A stretch of DNA of 64,000 nt, taken from the NCBI RefSeq assembly GCF_006345805.1, contig NC_043015.1, positions 34,348,001 through 34,412,000 on the forward strand, written 5' to 3'. Each line of letters starts with the position of its first letter. The first letter of the stretch is position 1. The stretch comes from Octopus sinensis (lineage: Eukaryota). Below are positions 41,827-55,455 of the stretch, one piece after another. The notes under the pieces are model-generated. The model did no database searches. It saw nothing but the letters and a program-made list of their open reading frames with translations, and had not been told where the DNA came from. Both the position numbers and the translations under genes were made by a program.

Positions 41827-42294
41827 GTGGAATTTCTCAATTCACTGGATCCTCGTGGACTACCTCCACACATATTAGCACTTAAAGTTGGAACTCCTGT
41901 AATGCTACTCCGCAATCTGGAACCACCAAGACTTTGCAATGGAACACGACTGGTGATAAAGAAAATGATGTCACACGTTATCGAGGCGATCATTTTTTCT
42001 GGATGTGGAAAAGCTGATGACGTCTTTATTCCAAGATTTCCTCTTACTCCATCAGGAGCAGAAATTCCATTTACATTCAGAAGACTGCAATTCCCCCTTC
42101 GTGTCAGCTTTGCCATGTCCATTAACAAATCTCAGGGTCAAACCCTCTCTGTAGCTGGTCTTCTCTTGGAAGAGTCCTGCTTCTCGCATGGGCAACTGTA
42201 TGTTGGCTGCTCAAGAGTAGGAACCAAAAGAAACCTTTTTGTATATGCTCCACAAGGAAAAACAAGGAACATTGTTTACAACGAGATGTTATAA
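41827..42294 (+). pseudogene. Helitron RepHel PIF1-like helicase C-terminal fragment (~155 codons, uninterrupted)
   Basis: [34 protein letters not shown]...[23 protein letters not shown]...[13 protein letters not shown]...TRNIVY. Confidence 0.93.
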
Positions 42295-42375
42295 TCTCTA
42301 CAGCCAGGAGGTATATACATGATCCCCTTTTTTTTAACAAACTTCATGTACTTTCATGAATTTATATTAATATAC

Positions 42376-42406
<31 letters not shown>

Positions 42407-42487
42407 CATCCATATATATATATATATAACAGAAAAGTCTAACTCTTCAATTGAATGTAATCGGGCAACGCCGGGTATCTCTGCTAG
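41827..42487 (+). mobile_element. Helitron 3' end
   Basis: Helicase fragment followed by a GC-rich imperfect hairpin cgggcaacgccggg (42462-42475) and terminal CTAG (42484-42487) before a T. Confidence 0.85.
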
Positions 42488-42809
42488 TACATATATAAAG
42501 AGATTTTATCCTTTTACATCATACAGAAAGTATATATGCATGTACATACATAAAGTTCGCAGATCAATATATTTGGTACCTGTGTGTATATATGCAGGAC
42601 TTATTCTTTGTAACTCTAGTACTTATTCTATCAGTCTCTTCTGCTGAATCACTAAGTTACAGGGACATAAACACACCAACATCGGTTGTCAAGTGATGAT
42701 AGGGGACAAACACAGACACACACATAAAATATATATATAGAGAGAGAGAGAGAAAATTGAGCAGAGAACCTGCATCTAATTTTTACAAAAGCTAAGTGAT
42801 GCCTACTCA

Positions 42810-43335
42810 GAGCCTATGCAAAACTTTCAAAAAGTTTTCATCGATCTGTCTTTATCAACAAATGAAAGCAGTTTTAGCAGAAACGTGGCAGACATGCGTC
42901 TCATACCCAAATCTTCAGTGATGATGGACTGAACTGAACAATAACTAATCTGCACATCTTCTAATAACTCACGGATGGTGATTCAACGATTTTCCCTTAC
43001 AGCTGCATGCACATCTACAATATTTTTCTCAATTCTGCTGATTGCAGGTCTCCCAGAACGTTCACCAATTTAGACATTTTTTTCAGTCATCTTGGAAATA
43101 TCTGAACCACCCATGCACTCCTCTCTATACCATTTCTGCAACTTTGCATCGGCCTCCGAGTAGGTATCACCATGAGAACTTTCTGTTATGGTTAATGTAA
43201 TGATCACACGCTACACCCCTTCCTTCCAAGCACTGCTGTAAACAGCAGAAGTGAGCAAGAACGTTAAAACTTAGTGCACATGCACAGCAGAGTTGAAGGT
43301 CATTTGCTGCCAAGCAGCTTCACTCTGCATGCTTT
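42810..43335 (-). mobile_element. Mariner N-terminal remnant
   Basis: RSGRPAISRIEKNIVDVHAAVRENR*ITIRELLEDVQISYCSVQSIITEDLGMRRMSATFLLKLL. Confidence 0.75.
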
Positions 43336-43416
43336 AGCTTTGTTACTATGGCAACAGGCAGAAGAATACTTATTGATCAGACCATGTGTGTGTGTGTGCG
43401 TGTGTATATATATATG

Positions 43417-43465
<49 letters not shown>

Positions 43466-43825
43466 ATATATGTATGTATATATATATATCTATATATATA
43501 TGTATATGTATATACATGTGTATGTATATGTATGCATTCTTCAAAATACATTAAGAAAAGATAGTCATGTAAGTGCTCAATAAAACTAATATTCTAGAGC
43601 TCTGTTTGTATAAGGGGGCCAACAAAAAAAATCAGACAGAATAAATACAAATCTTGCTGTAACTCAAACTGCATTTTTGCACATTAGTTAGGTCTGCAGT
43701 TAATATTGATCAATATCACGAAGTTCACCTATTTATATGTATTTCAATAATAACAAACATATAGCAACAGCTAGTTTGGTTTGAAACCAAGATGTTCTTT
43801 GTTGAAATATTATGCTTATCATTAC

Positions 43826-43963
43826 CCTGAAGCCATGCGATGGTTGGATCCCGTAGCTGTCAGGATTAATGAATAGTGCAGTAACATTAGAATGTCTTTT
43901 TGTTGATGTCTCTAGTGTTGTTTGAAGAGCGTTGTCTATCCATAATTCACTTCCACTAACATT
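43826..43963 (-). CDS. Candidate internal coding exon of an unidentified host gene
   Basis: ctgacctttcag acceptor, 138 nt open in phase 0 (NVSGSELWIDNALQTTLETSTKRHSNVTALFINPDSYGIQPSHGFR), gtaatg donor, in non-repetitive context. Confidence 0.3.
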
Positions 43964-46621
43964 CTGAAAGGTCAGCGCTGACTTTCATTCCACAATGGCA
44001 TTAAAACAGCTTTGTCAATTTTCATTTGGTGATTTGTTGAAAATGTCATCTTTGGGTAAAAGTTGATGAAATATGCAAACTTCACTGCAAAAACTAATTT
44101 TACAGACTCACTGGGGAAACTGCACTTGATCTGACATCCAACATGCAACATTACAATGCATACTAAAATAGCAACAACAGCATCAACAAAACATACAGAA
44201 ACAACAACAATAACAAGCATATGTAGACATCCATTAAGAAAAGTTCATATGTTCAATGGGTTTTAAAGGAGTTCTAAACTTGCTCCATTGTATTCTAAAT
44301 CATTACATAAATCCATAATCGATGCACATAAAAGTCTACTATTTATTGTGCAGCATTGCGTCTTGCAGTGTCTAACTTCAGAAGTAACTAATTCCACATT
44401 TATGCCAACATTTAGATGCAATGGTGCCAATTCTCAACGTAGAAATTTTCACAAGATTTACTGGATATCAAGGAAAAACTGAGAATAAAGATAAACTTTA
44501 TCATATCAGTTAATTGGATAAGCAATATAATTGTCTTCTGTCACCTGATAATGGCTGTCCTGCCATTTGTTACCTTAAAGGCCCCAGTTGGTGAGTAGCA
44601 TCAAGGCCCTTGACTGTAGCTAGTATCAAGGTCTTTGTTAGTAAGGGATATCATGACCCCTCTGTAGTGGGTAATGACTAGCTTGTGTGTTTGAAGCTCG
44701 ACTGTCATATTTCATCTGACCGTAGCCCTTCTTCTGCTCACTCTTCCTAAATAACAATTCTGTTGTCCACAGTCCTATGGCATTGGGTTCCCCATTCATT
44801 AACTTAAGCTTTTTTCCTCCTCATTGTCACCTGATACAATGGTCTTTAAATCCAGTGAATGAAGCAATGATTGCTGATGACACTATTTCAATAGCAATGA
44901 AAGGAAATGTGAAACAACAAACATCTTTTGTCTTATGGCACAGACAGTAGACATATGTTTGTGGCTGATACTTAAATTTCAACCTAACAACAGAAATATG
45001 TGTCCTGCCTACATTCTGACACTGGCTTTCTAATTTAATACTGACACAATGGTTAACTTTTACTATGGTTTTCCAAATATTCTCTTTCCCTCCTCTAAAT
45101 CTTGGTCACATTGTTTTCATGTATCCCAGTTCAGACTTGATAAAGCAAACCTAAGATGTTAGTTAACTTCAAGTCAAACTTGATCCAAAATTCTCTGGCT
45201 CATAAATATTCCAGCCATGACATTCAGTTTGAAGATATGGTGTTTATATATTTTGTTGCTAAAATTGGTGATACTTGGCAATTAACAAGACATTTTTAAT
45301 GCAATTAGTTCATTATGTGAAGATGAATGAGGCAATAAAACTATTATATCAAACTACTGTGACTAATTCACTGATCAATCAAACAGCAATGTCAAGACAT
45401 TCTCCCTCGGTCTGTTATACCAGTGTCCTTTAGTCCATAGCAAGTCTGTATTTGCAGTTGTTTAAAACATGCATTTTTGGACTTCTAGGTTGGCTTAAAC
45501 GACACTCTGTTAGTTTACAGCTTTATTCAGTCTGCAAGTGGCTGGATTAACTAACTCCCTCAAACAGGCACTCCCTGCTACATCCGATTGTTAGTTATAT
45601 AATGGACCCACTGCCATTTTTCAATTGATTCCTTGTCTTGCTTTTCTAAAGGACTCCCGGAATGCAGTTTTGTTCTATCGTGTTAATGCTGGCCCCTCCC
45701 ACACAAGAACATTTTTTGTCCACGTGCACCGGCAGATTTGACCAAATTCAATACCATTGTCTTTCACACTTTTCTACAAACATTTCTATCGAGTCTTCTA
45801 TATTCACAAACTACAACTAATGTCTTCACGCATTCATTCATTTACTTCTAACATACCAGAGACATCTCTATTAAACACTACACATGTCTATGCAAAACTC
45901 TATGCAAAGCAATTCATGTGTAACCTACACCACAATAAAACTTTATAATCCTAAAGCGAGTTGTTAATGTATATGACCACACACTTAATGAAGACACAAA
46001 CACAGGTGGTGACGTCTGTCTGCTGCACACTGTTATCAACATCTACCATCGCCGACATTGTCATCATCAACCAACAACCATGGAGTCAAACTAATAACCA
46101 ACAGACATCGTTAAGGCAGTGGTGTCAACAAACTGCCACACTGGTGACCTTCAGGAACCCTCTATATTCAATATGACAATCATCCCAATGCTAAAAGTCC
46201 CTCATGGTCTGGTATTCCAGGTGACACACTTTTATCAGGCCTTCATTCTTTGTTAACAAATTCCTGGAGACTTAGTTGACTTTTAACACTTGGTACACCT
46301 CTAATTACATCTTTTATTATATCTATTGTTCATCATCGACCCCTTTCTGCAGCCCTGTACTTATACGGTGTCATAGAAGGGTCTATTCCAGCACAACAGG
46401 GTTTTGTAGTTAATTTCTGAGGCTTGATTAAAATACATTCTTATGGCTTTCCAGGACTAATAGGGAAAAACAGCTTTCAGCAGTTTTCCTGTAAGTCAAT
46501 GATGCACTTGTTAATTACACATCAGTAATCTGTAATACACTGAGGGCTACCAATTTGCAGCTGGGTAGATTGGATCAGTTAGTGTCTTGCCAGAGCTTCT
46601 TATGCAATGTCACTATGGTTA

Positions 46622-46950
46622 TATCATCATCATCATCATCATCATTTAATGTCCGTTTTCCATGTCCTTCTTAACACCAACCACTTTACAGAGTGTACTG
46701 GATGCTTTTTATGTGGCACCATCACCTATGAGCCCATGAGATTAGGGATGCTCAGCTGGAGAGGGATGCAGGGGTCAAGCCTGTATGCAAAGACAACCAC
46801 ACTTTTACTTAGCTTGACCTGTCTTTTCAAACAGCAAAAAGTCAGGAGTCTCTGTCCCCGGTCATCTCCTCTGTGATTCCCAACGCCTGTAGATCCTTTC
46901 TCATCACTTCTTCCCACATCTACCTGAGTCTACCCCTTCCACATGTTCCC
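46622..46950 (-). mobile_element. RTE LINE 3' end with (GAT)n tail
   Basis: Minus strand GTCGRGRLR*MWEEVMRKDL, followed by a deleted UTR and (atc)n on the + strand. Confidence 0.65.
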
Positions 46951-46981
46951 TGCATATATGTATATGTATATATGTATATAT

Positions 46982-47035
<54 letters not shown>

Positions 47036-47296
47036 GCGGTTTAAGTCTATATATTAAAAATTTTTATGTATTGATTAAGTCTTTCCTTGTTTGTTTTGCA
47101 AAATAGTGGTTTTGTCTCGAATTAATATTATATAATATTTTACTATAAAATTGGATTTAATCCTAAATCTGATTTTTTCCCTGTAAATTTGGATTTATTC
47201 CCTAATATTTATTATATATATATATATATATGTATGTAAAGCACCTACACGCACATATACACACACAGCAGTAACTTCCGCCTACCGAATTTAATC

Positions 47297-47636
47297 AGGG
47301 ATACAGTAAACTTGCTGTGAGGAGTAGAATATCTGTTTTGGATGCAATCCTTCATCAATGGGTAGAGAAAAAGAGAAGTTGAAGAAAGGCAAACAGAGTT
47401 TTACATCCATCATTTTTTTCATCCTCCTTTCTGCACGACCTCTCCTATAACTTCTGTTTCACATTTGCAGCCCGTGTTATTCTGCATCCATTATCAGTTG
47501 CAGTCAGTTTTTCAAACTGAGAGGATGTAAACTCTGTGTGTCTTTCTTCAACTTCTCTTTTTCTCTGCCTCCTGACGAAGGATTGCATCCGAAACGTTGG
47601 ATATTCTACTCCTCACGGCAAGTTCACTGTACCCCT
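47297..47636. mobile_element. Inverted repeat (~112-bp arms), each arm with a minimal hammerhead motif (Penelope pLTR-like)
   Basis: 47297-47408 is the near reverse complement of 47523-47636. Confidence 0.75.
47569..47600 (+). ncRNA. Minimal type I hammerhead ribozyme motif
   Basis: CTGACGA-a-ggat(tgc)atcc-GAA-ACGT-T-gg, with palindromic stem III and weak stem I. The inverted twin is degenerate (TTGATGA...CAAAAC). Confidence 0.55.
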
Positions 47637-47753
47637 TTCACCTTTTTTCTATATTTTTACAAGACTTGCCGACACAGAGCTACACATGATTCCTTGTAGT
47701 TTGCCAGTATATATATATATAAATAATTTTTTCACAATTATAACAAATTTAAT

Positions 47754-47863
47754 TCTCTGAAGAGGCCGTGGGGCATCCTTGTTAATGCCTCATTTATACC
47801 TGCCTTTATGGCTTATAGGTTAAATGAGGTATGACTGCCCTTGCTGCTGAAACAGCTGTCAGA
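47754..47863 (+). ncRNA. Type I hammerhead ribozyme with long stem II
   Basis: tct-CTGAAGA-ggc..ggggca..tgcctcattt..acct...aggt..aaatgaggta..tgccct..gct-GAA-ACAGCTGT-C-aga, with a GUC site at 47858-47860. Confidence 0.7.
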
Positions 47864-48224
47864 TATGATTTAATTACATATTATATTTGAAATTTTATAC
47901 TTATATCTCTTTGTCTATTTACATTTACTGTATATTTTGTATAATGCCTTTACTGATATGTAATGGTGTAATAAAGTATTGATTGGGTATCATCTGATAG
48001 TTGATGTTTTATTGATTTAAGTATGTTTCTCCATTTTCTAATTTTGTAGTATTAATTTACGGTAATATTATTACCTTTACCCATATAATACAATAGATGA
48101 ACTGATTGTTTGGCAATTCTTAACATCTATGTATTAGTCTTGTTGGGTACCTATCTAGCAGTATATTGGATATATGTTATCCTATGGTGGGTTGAATTTT
48201 CAACCCCTATCTCATTTTATAACC

Positions 48225-48266
<42 letters not shown>

Positions 48267-48595
48267 AATTGAGTGGGAGAGGGAGAGAGAGCAATTTCTT
48301 TCAGCTGTTAACCATGTAGCTTCTTCTAAGCTCATCAACAAGTACAGGCTATTAGATATAACCATAATTCAGAGGTTGATGTTTCTCACATCATATTGCC
48401 AAAAGTCCATTAATATCTGGAATGAGCAAATTGTTTTATGGCATAAATTTACAATCATTTCACCAGAATTCTAACATAAGATATTGCCATATCATTCTAT
48501 GGCTATATGCTCAAGAAAAAATTTGGGTTAGTCGAGTCTGGGGAACATGAAGGTCAGTTGATATTGGAGATTAATTCTTTCACTAAAGCATTTCC

Positions 48596-48873
48596 CAACA
48601 AAACTCCTTGTAACACCAAAGATGAACTGAAGGCAAGGATTATGGCGGTATTCACCAACTTAAACAAGGAGACTATCCAGAAGAGTTGCAGGAGAATCTG
48701 AAGTCGTCTGGTGGCCATGGTTGAGGTCAATGGCAATTTTATTGAATAAATTTACTCTTTAGTATTTCACGATATTTTCATGTAATTTTGGTAAATATAT
48801 CTGTTAAAATGAGATGCCAGAGTTATTTTCATTTTTGCATAATTTAGATGACAATTTATTCATGACATCCAGT
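48596..48873 (+). mobile_element. Tc1/mariner-superfamily 3' end
   Basis: NKTPCNTKDELKARIMAVFTNLNKETIQKSCRRI*SRLVAMVEVNGNFIE*, with a terminus ending ...catccag-TA. Confidence 0.7.
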
Positions 48874-48887
48874 ATGTGTGTATGTTA

Positions 48888-48977
<90 letters not shown>

Positions 48978-49305
48978 CATACATATATATCACTAGATTG
49001 GCCTTCGTGCTGGCAAGAAGGGCTAAACGTCCCTCTGTGATTCATCCACTAATGCAGCATCACCCAGTGAAATGAATCACTGATGTTGATCCACTGGATG
49101 CTCACATCCAGTTGATGGTTTATGCTGTAATCATCCCAAGGATACGGACTCTGATGTTAAAGTTATGTGATTTGTGGAAATGCACATTGCAATGCATTAA
49201 ATATTTATAAATTCCATCCGAGAATTATTGTCATTATTACTTTCTATGTGTGTTTGTGTGTGTGTGTGTGTGTGTGTACATGTGTGTGTGTTTGTGTATG
49301 TGTGT

Positions 49306-49365
<60 letters not shown>

Positions 49366-49661
49366 TAAATGGATGATAATATTTTCCACTGAGACGTTAC
49401 AATTGTATCTGATTTTTCAAGAGATTCCATTCTTTGTATTTACTCAATTGCTGACATTTTTCAATGGTTTCTCCCATTGTTTCGATGCACCACTTTCTGT
49501 CATTAATAAAACTGTTGGCATTTTTGACAACATGGTTTTGCTAGTTATATAATAATATGGCAATACTCCTGAGTTCAAATGTCAGAGGAATAATTGTAGA
49601 TTTATATAATAAAACAATTTATTCACACCGTTCCCTTTGCTGATAACTATATACATACATA

Positions 49662-50070
49662 CAGGGGTTGGACAAAACAATGGAAACCCCTTGCATCATA
49701 GAATCATAATTTTGAAATATCTGTAAAACCGTCCAAAGCTTGTTTATTCTTATGTTTTTGATTTATTATTAGTGTTGCTTAATATGTTTTGCTAAAATTG
49801 TTGTTTCTTATCAGATAACATCAGAAAAAGGTAATTAAGATTCATTAAAATGACAGATATATTGAACTTTCAAAACAGTCAAATTGTTGGTGCTCGGATG
49901 GCAGGTACTAGCATAACGAAAACAACCAAAATATTTGGTGTATCAAGAAGTACTGTCTCAAAAGTAATGACAGCCTTTGAGAAAGAGGGAAAAAACCTCC
50001 TCATCGAAACAAAACTCCGGAAGAAAACCGAAACTTTCTGATAGTGACCATCAGTACAGCTCCCAAAATT
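49662..50070 (+). mobile_element. Tc1-like 5' fragment (same family as 35460-36262)
   Basis: TA-caggggttggacaaaacaatggaaac terminus; MTDILNFQNSQIVGARMAGTSITKTTKIFGVSRSTVSKVMTAFEKEGK. Confidence 0.9.
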
Positions 50071-50654
50071 AAAAAAACTTTGCAGTATTTGCTGTGATTC
50101 TTTATGTTGTGTTCAAAGCCAGCCAACTTTAACTTTGGGGACCTACAAAATAATGTACCAGTGAAAAACTGGGATAAAATTTCCTTCCTTCAAATTTCAG
50201 ATTTTGGCAATGTTAGAAACAATTTTTAAAAAGTGGTAGAATGGCAAAGGCATTAGAATGCCAGACAGTTTACTGCCAAATCTTGAGCTTATACCAAAAC
50301 TATTATCGCTTTTGGATGGCAGAATCTTTAGAGTATTGAACAGAATACGTTGCAGTTTATGCTTTAACTCTTTAAATTGTAAGATTGAATCCTGTCAAGG
50401 TTGATTCTCACTTTCCTCCCTTTGGTGCTGATAAAATAATAATGTTCAAGTCAATTACTGAGGTTCATGATATCGACTAAACACCCTCCTCTAAGAACTG
50501 TTGCCCTTGTACCTAAACTAGAAACAATTATTATCATGATTGTTGTTCTAAGGATAATAAATAGGTTTTTTTTTTTTCAATGGCAAATCTCTTTTCGGTT
50601 AGTTGCAGCCAGGCACAACGTCATTATCACTCATAGTTTCAAAAACATTAAACT

Positions 50655-50830
50655 ACCTCTCTCTTCTCTCTCTCTCTCTTCTCTCTCTCTTCTCTCTCTC
50701 TTCTCTCTCTTCTCTCTCTCTCTTCTCTCTCTCTTCTCTCTCTTCCACCTCAACCACTCTCTTCTCTCTCTCTTCCACCTCAACCACTCTCTTCTCTCTC
50801 TCTTCTCTCTCTTCCGCCTCAACCACTCTC
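50655..50830. repeat. Polypyrimidine (CT)-rich tract with three ttccacctcaaccactct units
   Basis: Direct reading. Confidence 0.85.
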
Positions 50831-51493
50831 CAAGACTAAATCTTGTCCATCTGAAAATTCCAATTTACTTTGCTGAGTTCATTTGATTGTCATTTCTTCA
50901 TCACACACTCTCCAGATCCCAGAGGAAGATGTTTAAAAGCAATTTCCCCCCTATTTCTGTATTTAGAGTCCCTCACAACAATAACTTTCACACTTCTTTT
51001 GGATACACAACCACAGGAGATCTATCTCAATCAGATTAAACTCCACTGAGTCGTTTCATAGATTTTTTTAAAAAATGTAATCTATACTGTTTACCTTGAT
51101 TCATGGTTGATTTCCTTTCTTTCCTTGTTTTCTTTCTTTTCTTTTATTTTTGACAAATTCATGATGCAAAACTAAACTCTACTCTCTTGGGACTTTTAAA
51201 ATCTCTGTTGTCTTTGAAGTTAATGGTTTTCATGTAATGTGCTTCTACCTCAACAAACTAACATCTCTGACATAAATGGAGAACAAAATATTGAAAAATA
51301 AGATGTTATGATCTAGGATTGAACAGGAATCTGGCATTGAAACAAAAGAATTTCTCTGATTTGATAAATCATCTCCGTACTGGTAAACTTATCCTCCAAC
51401 AATATTTGGTAAATAGAAAGTGTGATGCACTCTCCGAATATAACTATGTTTGTATACATGGATAAATAAATGTCTATATTCCATTGTTCTACA

Positions 51494-51547
<54 letters not shown>

Positions 51548-51630
51548 GGTCCCGGGTTGATTCGGGGTTAACCACAGTAAATAAGGTACTCAATACATAG
51601 TAGAGTAAAATTAATTTATTATATAGAAGG

Positions 51631-51681
51631 AGCTTCTACAGGACTAGAACTGTTTCATTCAAGAGAAATCTTCAGGAAGCT
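51631..51681 (-). ncRNA. Type I hammerhead ribozyme
   Basis: Minus strand: agcttc-CTGAAGA-tttc(tctt)gaat-GAA-ACAG(ttctagtc)CTGT-A-gaagct. Stem I is a perfect 6 bp, stem III 4 bp, and the site is GUA. Confidence 0.75.
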
Positions 51682-51919
51682 AGTTAACAAGAATTGTATT
51701 GGCATTTATACATTTAGGCAGGTTTAAAGGGGTGTTGGTGGGGGACTTTTTGGGGGTAGGCATAGCGCAAAATATCATACTTGGGGGAGTGGTCAAGGAG
51801 TCAGTGTTAAATTAGATAGAAGAATAAATAAAAAATAAAAAAATATATAAAAAAATATATAAAAATATATATAAAAAAAGGGAATAGAGTTTTAGGTAAA
51901 TAAGGAGATTCTCACTTAT

Positions 51920-54330
<2,411 letters not shown>

Positions 54331-54446
54331 AGCAAGTTTGGCTGTGTAGTAAGAAGTTTGCTTCCCAACCGCTTGGTTCCAGGTTCATTCCCATGGTGTT
54401 GTACCTTGTGCAAGTGTCTTCTGCTATAACCCCAGGCTAAATATCC

Positions 54447-55455
54447 AAGTGTCTTAACAATTTTTCAAGCCAATCACATGGAGAAAAGTGTTTGCCTCCA
54501 TTTTGGAAAACAATCTCGTTTCTTTCACGGGATTCCTCATAAGTTCACGTAAACGAAACAATGAAACAGTGAATCAAAGGACTCGACTCTTGAAGACGAT
54601 TTTTTGAGTTTGTCTTCCCCTAGATTTGTCTTTTCGATAAATTTCTTTATATTTCTTAATATTTGTTATGGTCTTTTTCTGGGTATGGTGTTTTGTGCCT
54701 GTATGTTATTTCTTCTTTGTGTGGAATTCGTGACATTTCTTCTTTGTTGTGTGAAGTTTGTCTGTTCATTTAGGGTTGCCCTAGTTTGTAGTTACCCGCA
54801 TTTATAGGGGGGGGGGGTATTCTTCAAAGTATTTTAGTATAAAATATTGCTTATGTATGCAGAGAGAAGAGGTTTCATCCCCAATGTTGAAGACGTTGTC
54901 TGTTGATTGAATAATATTTAATTTTTCAGTAATGCACAGTTCACACTTGGTGCCCCGTCCTCTGTATTTTTTAGCTTGAGCAATGATTTTCCATTCTATT
55001 AGGGGTTGCTTATCCCACCATCTTTCAATGTCCTTATCATATTTGATAAGGATGTTTTTGGGGGTTTTTGTCTCTGAATGACACACGATATTGCATACAC
55101 CTTTCTTTTAATGAGTTTCCCATCATTCTGATATACGTCTTTATTACTCCGTTGGGGTCTGTGACCTTGGCCTCGTACATGAGTTCTTTCTCGAGACAGT
55201 TGTTGTTTAGAGGGAAACGGTTTGGGGATCTGAAGTTGCCCTGTCTTTCTGGGGTGTCTATGTTTATTGTAATTAAGTATTATTTGCCCTGTATTGGGGG
55301 GGGGGCAACTACAGCTAATTTTAACAGCGTTTCTGTTGAAGATTTTGTGGTATTTGTGTGAATGTGGGAAGTGGTTTTCTATTAGTTTTAAGAATTTCCC
55401 AGCCATGTTAATAGCTACATTCATGCCATGATTGAACCATAGGATTTTTCTCTGG
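54447..55455 (-). mobile_element. Penelope-like element 3' part: linker, GIY-YIG endonuclease and 3' region (frameshifted)
   Basis: KILWFN..MNVAINMAGKFLKLIENHFP..HKIFNRNAVKISCSC / FPLNNNCLEKELMYEAKV...KTYIRM..SLKER / TSLSNMI / WKIIAQAKKY..KCELCITEKL. Confidence 0.88.
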
